64,000 nt of DNA from IMG/VR virus record IMGVR_UViG_3300042332_001447, positions 31,774 to 95,773 of that record; one strand, 5' to 3'. The notes below the pieces were generated by a model. That model saw nothing but the letters and a program-made list of their open reading frames with translations, was not told the DNA's origin and did not search any database. The translations under genes were made by a program, and so were the position numbers. This DNA is from a virus. This document shows, piece after piece, positions 49,735-57,695 of this stretch. Numbering within the stretch: position 1 is the first letter of the stretch; every line of letters starts with the position of its first letter.

Positions 49735-50406
49735 TTATTGTATATTGTTATATGTTTTATGCAAGGTTTTATCTACAAAAAATTTTATTTTATTATATGC
49801 TACTGTAAGAAAAGGCTTTAATGCTCTAGAATTGTTATATCTATTTTTATAGTCTAAAAAATTAGAACCAAAATCTCCTAAAAATAAATTTTTCTCGTCT
49901 TGAGGTAGATTAGTGATTATATCATGAATTCCAGGAAACTCCATAAGCACGTAACAGTTTATTTTAGATCTTTTAATATGATATATCCATTCTGGCTCTA
50001 GGCTTGATGTACGAAAATAAGAGTACTCGTCAAGTTGAATTTTATGTTCTAAACAAAATTTAGCTATATAATGTAACGATTCTTCGACTTCTCTCTTACA
50101 ATTATCTGGCTGCTTGTGAGATATTTCTTGTTTGAAGATAGAGTAACTTTTCACAGCTCTCGGGGATGCAAAATATGATAAATCAAAATACTGTACATCT
50201 GTATATAGCTTATACGGAGCTATAAAATATGTGTTTAAATCTATGTCTGGGTATTTTGTAAAAAATATCGATAGTTTTTTTACAAAACGGTAATTTGTGT
50301 CACCCTCAAAACCTGTGAAGTCGTTTCTCTTCTTGAATGGTTTACCTCTAAGAGAGCGTGAAACTGCAAGGTGAGTGTTATAAATTCTTTTTTCTAGTTC
50401 GGTCAT
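49735..50406 (-). CDS. hypothetical protein, possibly a gp59-like helicase loader by position
   Basis: 223 aa, between gp41 and gp32; no firm motif. Confidence 0.45.
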   Translation of the reverse strand: MTELEKRIYNTHLAVSRSLRGKPFKKRNDFTGFEGDTNYRFVKKLSIFFTKYPDIDLNTYFIAPYKLYTDVQYFDLSYFASPRAVKSYSIFKQEISHKQPDNCKREVEESLHYIAKFCLEHKIQLDEYSYFRTSSLEPEWIYHIKRSKINCYVLMEFPGIHDIITNLPQDEKNLFLGDFGSNFLDYKNRYNNSRALKPFLTVAYNKIKFFVDKTLHKTYNNIQ

Positions 50407-50719
50407 TCTTTTTTTTACTAAACGATGAATTAAAAAGTTTTTTAGTATTTTTTGATTTTATTAAATTCGGATAAAGTTGCAACAGTCCTAATAAAGCTTC
50501 ATGCACACTTTGAGAGCCCGTAATGAAAATAAAAAGTTCTCTCATTTCTAAATCTTGTAAAACTGATGTAAATAACCCTGATGCGTTAATTTTTTTGTTA
50601 TTTATGATTGAAAGGAAAGAACCAAAAATTAAAACTCCTTCTATATATTCTTTTGTACAAATTTGCTCCAAAGGATTACCTTGAAACATATATTTTTGAA
50701 GAGTTCTCTCGTTTAACAT
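50378..50719 (-). CDS. hypothetical protein
   Basis: 113-aa ORF. Confidence 0.5.
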   Translation of the reverse strand: MLNERTLQKYMFQGNPLEQICTKEYIEGVLIFGSFLSIINNKKINASGLFTSVLQDLEMRELFIFITGSQSVHEALLGLLQLYPNLIKSKNTKKLFNSSFSKKKNDRTRKKNL

Positions 50720-50761
50720 ATAAGATGTACTTACATGTTAAACGTAACTATTGCAACTCTT

Positions 50762-51283
50762 CTATTTATCAGCTAGAGATTCGAGTACCGATTCCGCAGA
50801 ATTAACTGCAGAGTCAGGTGAATCGCTCGCAAAATAATCAGGATTCGTTTCCTTTAGTGTTAGTGTTTCATATTTTACCTTAAAAGCGCAATGCCCGAAA
50901 TTAGCTCCAAACCGATTTTTCTGCATACCGAGATTAATAATACCTAACTCTTTCTCTTGCTCTTCCTGCCACAAAGAGCATATTACGTCGCATGTAGCCG
51001 CAAGTCCAATTGAATTTTTTGTAAGTATATCATTACAAAAGAATAGACTATCACCTGTAACAGAAATATCTATAGTCTCCATTTCTCCGACAGGTTCTAT
51101 ACTAACGATCTCGTCATTATAATCAATAGACTTATCGGTTATAGCATTTTTCTCTTCTTGTTCTTCAAGAATTTTCGCTGCGACTTCGATGTACTTTTCT
51201 TTGTCTGTTTCTCTATCAGCTAATCCTAGGTTTTGCAGAGCTTCAAACCTATTATTTAAAAAGTGAATAATTTTCTCGTTCAT
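50762..51283 (-). CDS. gp41: replicative helicase gp41, C-terminal fragment, with C-intein (51014-51283)
   Basis: DEIVSIEPVGEMETIDISV...FFCNDILTKN|SIGLAATCD...KNRFG. Confidence 0.88.
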   Translation of the reverse strand: MNEKIIHFLNNRFEALQNLGLADRETDKEKYIEVAAKILEEQEEKNAITDKSIDYNDEIVSIEPVGEMETIDISVTGDSLFFCNDILTKNSIGLAATCDVICSLWQEEQEKELGIINLGMQKNRFGANFGHCAFKVKYETLTLKETNPDYFASDSPDSAVNSAESVLESLADK

Positions 51284-51284
51284 T

Positions 51285-52655
51285 TTAAGAATTCCTTGTG
51301 TTTAGTTTAGCACCAATCTTAAGACCGTCTTCTACAGATAATCTTCCATCAGATGTCGGGAATTTGTGTTTGGAGCTAACTATAATTTCTTTTCCAGACT
51401 TCAATTTAAGTTTATAGCATAATTTAATGTTTCTGTGATGAACTTGCGTAACAGTCTTGTAACCGTCATGTGAAGTGATTTGATCTCCGAATTCAACATC
51501 TCCAATTTTCTTTTTTGTACCGTCTCGAAGAGTTATCATTTGATTAACCTCAATACACTCTGAAATACCCTCCATACCCGGATTAGCAGTATTAAAGGAG
51601 CTCCTCGTTAATTGGCTTGCAGTTACAAAGGGAATGTTGTACTTAAAGGACAACGCTCTAAGTTGCTCCGCTACCTCTTTAACGGACTCGTATGAGTTTA
51701 AGTTTTTAGATGAGGGTTTTAAAAGATTAATATAATCAATAACTACAACCTCTGGTTTAAAACCTCTATGGCCTAATTTTGTTATATAAGCATCAATGTG
51801 TCTAACAGTTATAGTTTTTGGCGGATACTCTTTAATTACAAGTTTACTCTCAAGCTGTCTTTCAACATGCTCTACTTGCTGTTTAAGTTCGTCGGTATAT
51901 ACGCTCAATTGATTATGTGGTATCTGTGTAACCTGTGCACTTATTCTTTTGGCGTACATAAACTCAGACATTTCAAGCGAGATGAGTAAGACGTTGTGGT
52001 TTGCGAGTACCATATTAGCTGCAATATTACCTAAGAAAATACTCTTACCTACGTTAACTTGCCCGACAAGACAAGTTAACGTTTTTGGAAATAACCCGCC
52101 TTCGAGTCTTTCATCTAAAAACTTCCAGCCTGTTGGAAGTGGGTTATAAACAGTCGTTAGCTCTTTTATGTGTCTTTCAATATCTTCGAAATAAAAATAA
52201 CCTAAATCTTCAACTAACGAGATATTGTATACTTTTTCAAATTGAGATAGAGTTTCTTGTAAATCTATTTTACCCGATGTGTATTTTTCTGCAGCTTCAT
52301 TAATAGCTTTTACTAAGCTTCTTTCTTTTAAGAACCTCTCTGTATTTGCAATTAATTCATCTTTATTAAAATTAGTATCAAGTTGCTTTAATTTTAAACC
52401 GACATCTGTAAAAGCTTTTTTTTCATTTTCAGTTGTTAGTCTTGACTTAATTTCTGTTAACGTGGGCGGTGCACCACGCTCTAAGAAAAACGAAATAATA
52501 GAATTAAAAACAATACCTATATTTTTGTCATTAAAATAACTAGGATCGAGATGCTCAATTACGCACGCTAAATATTCTTGATTTAAAAGCGAATTAAGAA
52601 GTATGACATTTTCATAATAATCGAGATCTAATTTACTCGGTTCAGTGTTTGTCAT
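51285..52655 (-). CDS. gp41: replicative helicase gp41 (DnaB-like), N-terminal fragment, ending in a 90-aa N-intein (51288-51557)
   Basis: GQVNVGKS, ISLEMSE, VVIDYINL, TASQLTR, then ISE|CIEVNQMI...SSKHKF. Confidence 0.9.
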   Translation of the reverse strand: MTNTEPSKLDLDYYENVILLNSLLNQEYLACVIEHLDPSYFNDKNIGIVFNSIISFFLERGAPPTLTEIKSRLTTENEKKAFTDVGLKLKQLDTNFNKDELIANTERFLKERSLVKAINEAAEKYTSGKIDLQETLSQFEKVYNISLVEDLGYFYFEDIERHIKELTTVYNPLPTGWKFLDERLEGGLFPKTLTCLVGQVNVGKSIFLGNIAANMVLANHNVLLISLEMSEFMYAKRISAQVTQIPHNQLSVYTDELKQQVEHVERQLESKLVIKEYPPKTITVRHIDAYITKLGHRGFKPEVVVIDYINLLKPSSKNLNSYESVKEVAEQLRALSFKYNIPFVTASQLTRSSFNTANPGMEGISECIEVNQMITLRDGTKKKIGDVEFGDQITSHDGYKTVTQVHHRNIKLCYKLKLKSGKEIIVSSKHKFPTSDGRLSVEDGLKIGAKLNTRNS

Positions 52656-52660
52656 GTGTT

Positions 52661-53377
52661 TCAGATCTCTTCTACTTCTTCTTCAATCTCCTCGACTTTG
52701 GTAGTATTTTCGCCGTAACAAAGCTTTTCTTGTAATGTTTTTTCAAGCTCTGGCATTATCTTCTCCCAGAACGCTGGATCTTTTTCTAGATCTTTTCTAT
52801 ACCCTAGGCTCTCACCTTTATACATTACAGTTCTACCTGGTTTTTCTATAACACTAAACGCTTCTGCAATTTCAAATAACCCGGCATGCTTATCTAGACC
52901 AGATTTAAAATTAAGATATAACTCTGTCTTGAGATAAGAAGGAACGAACCGGTTTTTAACCGTAAGAGCTCCTAGAGTTACACCTGAAACGTTATGTGCA
53001 ATAGCGATAGATTGTTCGTCTGGATTGTCACTAGCTTTTTCGTTCTTAGTGCTAAGCTGCACTAAGACTGAAGCAAGATATATTGGTCCTTTTCCACCGC
53101 TTTGTGTTTTAACTAAAGTAGGAAACATCTCCATACCCTCGTAAATATGGTTACTAAAGAGAATAGGTACCTTAGCCTTGGCTGCCTTGTAAGTAAGTGT
53201 ACGCATCATTGATTTACAGTTATGTGAAACAATACTGCTATCCGTAATACAGAACGTACTATCATCTTCTACACTAATATCAATTAGATCTTCATCAATA
53301 TCAATTTCACTGATATCGTTTATGGTAAGGTACTCGTAATTATCTTCCGCAAAAATAAATTCGTTGTTTGGATTCAT
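52661..53377 (-). CDS. uvsX: UvsX recombinase, C-terminal fragment, with 53-aa C-intein (53219-53377)
   Basis: LIDISVEDDSTFC...IVSHN|CKSMMR, then NHIY, SGGKGPIY, KNRF. Confidence 0.88.
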   Translation of the reverse strand: MNPNNEFIFAEDNYEYLTINDISEIDIDEDLIDISVEDDSTFCITDSSIVSHNCKSMMRTLTYKAAKAKVPILFSNHIYEGMEMFPTLVKTQSGGKGPIYLASVLVQLSTKNEKASDNPDEQSIAIAHNVSGVTLGALTVKNRFVPSYLKTELYLNFKSGLDKHAGLFEIAEAFSVIEKPGRTVMYKGESLGYRKDLEKDPAFWEKIMPELEKTLQEKLCYGENTTKVEEIEEEVEEI

Positions 53378-53454
53378 CGTTTAGAATTGTAGTATAAACT
53401 TCATAAAAATCCATAAATGTTTTTATTGGATGTTTAAGAAATGTTTCCATTCAT
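53340..53454 (-). pseudogene. mini-ORFs (MNGNIS* and 36-aa METFLKHPIK...) between the uvsX halves
   Basis: ATGs at 53454 and 53450 directly after GATAAATA; possibly a decayed inserted gene. Confidence 0.3.
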
Positions 53455-53460
53455 ATATTA

Positions 53461-53468
53461 TATTTATC
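53461..53468 (-). promoter_or_regulatory. late-type promoter GATAAATA upstream of uvsX-C
   Basis: TAAATA core 6 nt before an ATG, the same geometry as the other late promoters here. Confidence 0.45.
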
Positions 53469-53508
53469 AAAACATACATACCAAAACGTTAAAAATAATA
53501 CCAACAAA

Positions 53509-53540
53509 AAACCGGTTGATTTTTAAAAATCAACCGGTTT
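53509..53540 (-). terminator. perfect 32-bp palindrome / intrinsic terminator between the uvsX halves
   Basis: AAACCGGTTGATTTTT-AAAAATCAACCGGTTT followed by a U-rich tract on the minus strand. Confidence 0.65.
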
Positions 53541-53560
53541 AAGTATCAGGATGGTGAGGT

Positions 53561-54397
53561 TTAATTACTCAATTTAACAAGTTTATCTGATGGTTTAATA
53601 TGTTGAGCAACTACATATTGTAGTTGCTTGTTACGCTGAACAAGCATTTTATGATTCTTAGACATAACGATTTGCATACCGTTAACAGTTAGTTTTATAG
53701 CTTTACTATGTTTCGTCTTCCACTTATCTGTTACAGTCTTGTATCTACCAAGATGTGTTAATACTTTATCCCCTGTATTTACGTCTGCAATTCTCTTCAT
53801 ACCGCTTTCGGTTTGCACTAATGTATCCGGGTGCAAGCATGCTTTAGCGCGCTGCCCAACATCTGCTGCATCCTTACCGGCTGATGCATCTCTAACCTCT
53901 TTTGCACTTGCTAGATTACCGAGCGAGTCAATAGCTACAATAAATTTAAGATCAGGGTTTGTTTCTCTCGCTTTAATTACGTTATCAAGGAACACGCACA
54001 TCTGGTTACGGCAATCTTCAATAGTCTCTACTGGATAGTACTTAACTCTCGACGTATCCATTCCTGCTCCTTGTGCGCTTTTCTTATCTACTGCTACCTC
54101 AGAATCCCAAATAACAGGTATATAACCTATCTTCTGAGCGTTAGCCATAATCTTATTCATGATAAGAGTCTTACCAGCCATACTCGGTCCAGCGAACCCT
54201 GTAATACGACCAGAAGGAATACCTTTATAGAGAGATCCTGAAATAATTGCATTTAATGCGTAAGAGCTAGTGTCAATCCATTCATCTGCTGTAGAGAGTG
54301 TTGCAGCATCAAGTACTGCTGCGTCTGGATTGAGATCGTCTACAGATTTAAAAATATCTTTAAGACCGGATAGTTCGTTTTTTGTTTTTGGTGCCAT
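53561..54397 (-). CDS. uvsX: UvsX/RecA recombinase, N-terminal fragment, ending in a 92-aa N-intein (53564-53839)
   Basis: GPSMAGKT, WDSE, IDSLGNL, GQRAKA|CLHPDTLV...SKNHKM. Confidence 0.9.
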   Translation of the reverse strand: MAPKTKNELSGLKDIFKSVDDLNPDAAVLDAATLSTADEWIDTSSYALNAIISGSLYKGIPSGRITGFAGPSMAGKTLIMNKIMANAQKIGYIPVIWDSEVAVDKKSAQGAGMDTSRVKYYPVETIEDCRNQMCVFLDNVIKARETNPDLKFIVAIDSLGNLASAKEVRDASAGKDAADVGQRAKACLHPDTLVQTESGMKRIADVNTGDKVLTHLGRYKTVTDKWKTKHSKAIKLTVNGMQIVMSKNHKMLVQRNKQLQYVVAQHIKPSDKLVKLSN

Positions 54398-54432
54398 ACG
54401 TATATAATATACTATCTAATAAAAATCTCAAC

Positions 54433-54463
54433 AAAAAAGCCGAGCTTTTAGCTCGGCTTTTTT
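54433..54463. terminator. bidirectional intrinsic terminator
   Basis: AAAAAAGCCGAGC-TTTTA-GCTCGGCTTTTTT. Confidence 0.8.
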
Positions 54464-54488
54464 GATCCACGGCATCTATACAAATGTT

Positions 54489-54848
54489 TTATTCGTCATC
54501 AAAAAGTTTAATGACAGCTGGTTGTTCAGGTTGCTGAACAGGTGCTACAGGCGCAAAAAGCTGTTGATATTGAGCATTAAGCTTAAAATCAAACAAGACA
54601 TCTTTACACTGAGTAATTTTATCTTTATTATAAAGCCAAATAGTTGATTCGTTTTTATCAGCTAAAAATTCTTTAAAAAACAAAGGTAGAATTTGTAGCT
54701 GTAGACCGTTTTGCTGTTGAGAGACAGCAACAACTGCTGGGTTCTTAATCGCTAAGTGAGTGTTAGTTGTGTCACCGATAACTAGTTCTCCTAGTACAGT
54801 ACGACCTACTGCATCAAGGAATGTGATAAGGTTATTTTCTTGTTTCAT
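54489..54848 (-). CDS. hypothetical protein
   Basis: 119-aa ORF. Confidence 0.55.
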   Translation of the reverse strand: MKQENNLITFLDAVGRTVLGELVIGDTTNTHLAIKNPAVVAVSQQQNGLQLQILPLFFKEFLADKNESTIWLYNKDKITQCKDVLFDFKLNAQYQQLFAPVAPVQQPEQPAVIKLFDDE

Positions 54849-54887
54849 GTGCTAGATAATTTATAGTTATTTTTTTAATAAATCAAC

Positions 54888-55796
54888 TTACTGTCTCGGC
54901 ATTTTAAAAAACGGCGTTTCCGGGGTTTTCAAAAATGACGGAATCATACTCTCACTACTAGCTCGTACCGGGTTAATATCCAGACTACCACGTCTCACGT
55001 AGAAGCAACCTACAAAGAGTTCTTCTGCCTCATATACTTCTTTTAAGCGAGCGTAAAAACATTCACAAATTTCTTCATGAAAATGGCACTCATTTCTAAA
55101 GCTTATAATATACTTTAAAAGGCTTTCTGGATCAATATTATGTTTTGTCGTAATACTAATATATACATCCCCAGCGTCAGGTTGATTTGTAACTCGGCAA
55201 TTCGAACGAAGCAAACTACTGCAATAGCGCTGATTAATAGCAGCCCCTATATTGTCTTCAGTATTAATAGTTTTCAACAAACTAGGTGTTTCATTATACG
55301 TTTCCGTAACAAGTTTACTATTAATTAAATCGATATTCTTAAACGTTTTAAAAAATACATCACTATCTGTAGACGGGTGTTTAGCAGCTGTAAAAATTTT
55401 AACAACCACATCTGTTTCAAGATAATCAGACAAATCTTTACTCGAGGTATTTTCAATATTTTTAATTACATCTGCTGGCGTTTTACCGAAACGCGACATA
55501 TTAAAAGAGTTAAAATATAGTTTTGCTGACTTAGATTCAACAATATATTTACTACTACATGGATACGTGATCTTAGCAATACCCGTTACTGGTAACCCAG
55601 TATCTGTTAGCGCACTAATCTCCCAGTTATTCCAAATATCAATACCGATAAAAGGTAAATTATCATCCTTAATATTGAGATACTCTCTGTTATTTGCACG
55701 CTTCTCTCTTACGAGGATACTTTTATCATACTGTTTTGGTGCATCAACTCGTTGACCTAATACTTTGCTTATTTCTGTGTTATCTAATTTACTCAT
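54888..55796 (-). CDS. queF: NADPH-dependent preQ0 reductase (two-domain QueF)
   Basis: WNNWEIS, IVESKSAKLYFNS, LLRSNCRVTNQPD, SFR...FHEE. Confidence 0.9.
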   Translation of the reverse strand: MSKLDNTEISKVLGQRVDAPKQYDKSILVREKRANNREYLNIKDDNLPFIGIDIWNNWEISALTDTGLPVTGIAKITYPCSSKYIVESKSAKLYFNSFNMSRFGKTPADVIKNIENTSSKDLSDYLETDVVVKIFTAAKHPSTDSDVFFKTFKNIDLINSKLVTETYNETPSLLKTINTEDNIGAAINQRYCSSLLRSNCRVTNQPDAGDVYISITTKHNIDPESLLKYIISFRNECHFHEEICECFYARLKEVYEAEELFVGCFYVRRGSLDINPVRASSESMIPSFLKTPETPFFKMPRQ

Positions 55797-56311
55797 AAAT
55801 TGTTTTTAATTTGCTCAATTCTATCACTAACAGTTCCTGTTAGTCTTATAATATTAAGATTATAATCTCTAATAATATTTTCAAAATTTATATTTACCGC
55901 GTTAAAAAATTCTCTATTTACAGATCTTTCTCCGTCCTCTACAAGAGGTAATTCCGGTACAATATAAAACAAACGATCGTAGCTATATATCATAGCTTCA
56001 AACATTTTAGTAATAATACTTCTAAAAGGTAGATCTATTTTATCATAAAAATACATACTATACGCAAGACCGTCTAGTGCACTTCGATCTAGTACAACAT
56101 TATTTCCTTGATTTAGTCTCTCATAATGCTTTAACATTACATGTAACTGCGTAACAGTCGTTCCGTTTTCATTAATCGGTATACCTTGTTGTTGTAAGTT
56201 ACGTGTGAGATTAGTTAAAAATAGATAATCTTTAAAGATAGACTCGTCTTTCAGTGCGTTTACTAGTGTACTTTTACCTTGACTTGCTCCACCTGAAATT
56301 GCAATTTTCAT
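55793..56311 (-). CDS. P-loop nucleotide kinase (AAA_28 / dNMP-kinase-like)
   Basis: GGASQGKSTL, VLDRSALD, EDGERS. Confidence 0.7.
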   Translation of the reverse strand: MKIAISGGASQGKSTLVNALKDESIFKDYLFLTNLTRNLQQQGIPINENGTTVTQLHVMLKHYERLNQGNNVVLDRSALDGLAYSMYFYDKIDLPFRSIITKMFEAMIYSYDRLFYIVPELPLVEDGERSVNREFFNAVNINFENIIRDYNLNIIRLTGTVSDRIEQIKNNL

Positions 56312-56315
56312 ATTA

Positions 56316-56852
56316 TTATTTTACCCTCTCTTTTAAAAAATTATACCATAAACCTGAAGCTTTTTTATGTGTTAATGCAATAAGAGTATCTAAGTTTAGT
56401 CCTCGAACGTTAAAGTTTTCCTCTAAAAGAATTTCTCCGCTATCTAATTCTGCTGTACATCTATGTATAGTGTTACCGCCTAAAGATAGTTTCTGTTCGA
56501 ATATCTTTTTTTGAGGATCCTGACCTTTTAAAAATGGGTATGTGGTTAACGGAGCGGGGTGTAGGTTATAAATCTCATAATTTTCACAAATTGTTGCAGG
56601 TATAATACGTAGATATCCGTGTAAGGTAACGACACTACCCTCAGGTATAGCTGTTTCATATTCCTCAATATTTGGTTTTTTTGGTAAAAATAAAATTCTA
56701 TCAAAATACTCGTCAACGAGACCTTTATTAATAGTGTCTATATTATCAATTGACTTATTCGTAATAATGACATCTGGCACTCTCTTGAGAGTTTTAGATA
56801 AATTATATATCTCTGAACCTGTCTGACTAAAGAAGCAACTCCAAATTTTCAC
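56316..56852 (-). CDS. PurN-like formyltransferase
   Basis: FSQTGS, LHGYLRII, IYNLHPAPL..YP.LKG, GNTIH...ELDSGEI. Confidence 0.85.
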   Translation of the reverse strand: MKIWSCFFSQTGSEIYNLSKTLKRVPDVIITNKSIDNIDTINKGLVDEYFDRILFLPKKPNIEEYETAIPEGSVVTLHGYLRIIPATICENYEIYNLHPAPLTTYPFLKGQDPQKKIFEQKLSLGGNTIHRCTAELDSGEILLEENFNVRGLNLDTLIALTHKKASGLWYNFLKERVK

Positions 56853-57679
56853 TTATTAATAATCCTTTTAAACATATTGACGTTATACCACACATCCTTA
56901 ATTTGCTGTGAAGTCAAATCAGCTTCTATATACTCAACAAGCTTTTGAGACCACTTTTCGTCTAATCCATGTTCCTTATAACGCTTACCTAAAATACCAG
57001 CCACTATAGGGTTTGATGTATCAATTGTATCAATATATGTATCTAAGTCAAGATATTTGTAGAACCCGAATTCAACTGGTAAAGAGCAACCAAGGAGATG
57101 TAGTTTCTTTTTTTCTGAAAGTAAACCGTCTTCTTTAAGTCTGAAGAGAACTGCTGCTCTACCTAAAGCAAAGTTCCACCATTTATCTTCTCTTGTTTCA
57201 AAATTAATTCTCTTAGCATACTCTTTACAATCATCGCTAAGATAATAACTGTAGTCAAACGAAATAGCTATCTTATTAACTGCTTCACTGTTTAAAAAAT
57301 ATAAATAAAGATCTCTAATTTCTTCATACGATTTACCCTGGACAACAGCTATACGTTTACCGGGTAAATTATTATATTTTGCTAAGAAACTGTCAAAGTT
57401 TGCTTTTGTTTTTTCAGCTTCTTCTAATACGTCTGGTATAATATACTCTGTGGGGGTTAAATCGTTAATCCATTTTGCAAACTCATCAGGATCGTAAGAC
57501 TCTCCAAGTTCAAAAATACTATTATCTAACAGTACGTGTCTGCCTGAATTAACAGCATTAAAATAATGCTCTCTGTATTTTTCATACAGAGGTAGCAAAT
57601 GTACAAGGCAGTATTCGTAATCGCAAAAAGTGTGTGATATATCGAGAAGAGATATAGGGGTTTCGTGAGAAATTCGCAT
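56849..57679 (-). CDS. TGT-fold (DpdA-like) 7-deazaguanine transglycosylase; likely start MRISHE at 57679
   Basis: LLDNS, IIPDV, AVVQG, LHLLG, IDTIDTSNP motifs in TGT order; neighbours queF. Confidence 0.65.
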   Translation of the reverse strand: MRISHETPISLLDISHTFCDYEYCLVHLLPLYEKYREHYFNAVNSGRHVLLDNSIFELGESYDPDEFAKWINDLTPTEYIIPDVLEEAEKTKANFDSFLAKYNNLPGKRIAVVQGKSYEEIRDLYLYFLNSEAVNKIAISFDYSYYLSDDCKEYAKRINFETREDKWWNFALGRAAVLFRLKEDGLLSEKKKLHLLGCSLPVEFGFYKYLDLDTYIDTIDTSNPIVAGILGKRYKEHGLDEKWSQKLVEYIEADLTSQQIKDVWYNVNMFKRIINK

Positions 57680-57695
57680 AAAGCAATATAATAAA

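Noticed and set aside
42998-54397. Split genes as pseudogenes or stop-codon recoding
   Set aside because: Breaks fall only within inteins, catalytic motifs are intact, and other genes are full length in the standard code
54433-54463. Hairpin as a fourth IS end (AAGCCGAG...TTTAG...CTCGG resemblance)
   Set aside because: It has symmetric A/T tails and no TCAC or TTAC boundary; a plain terminator explains it
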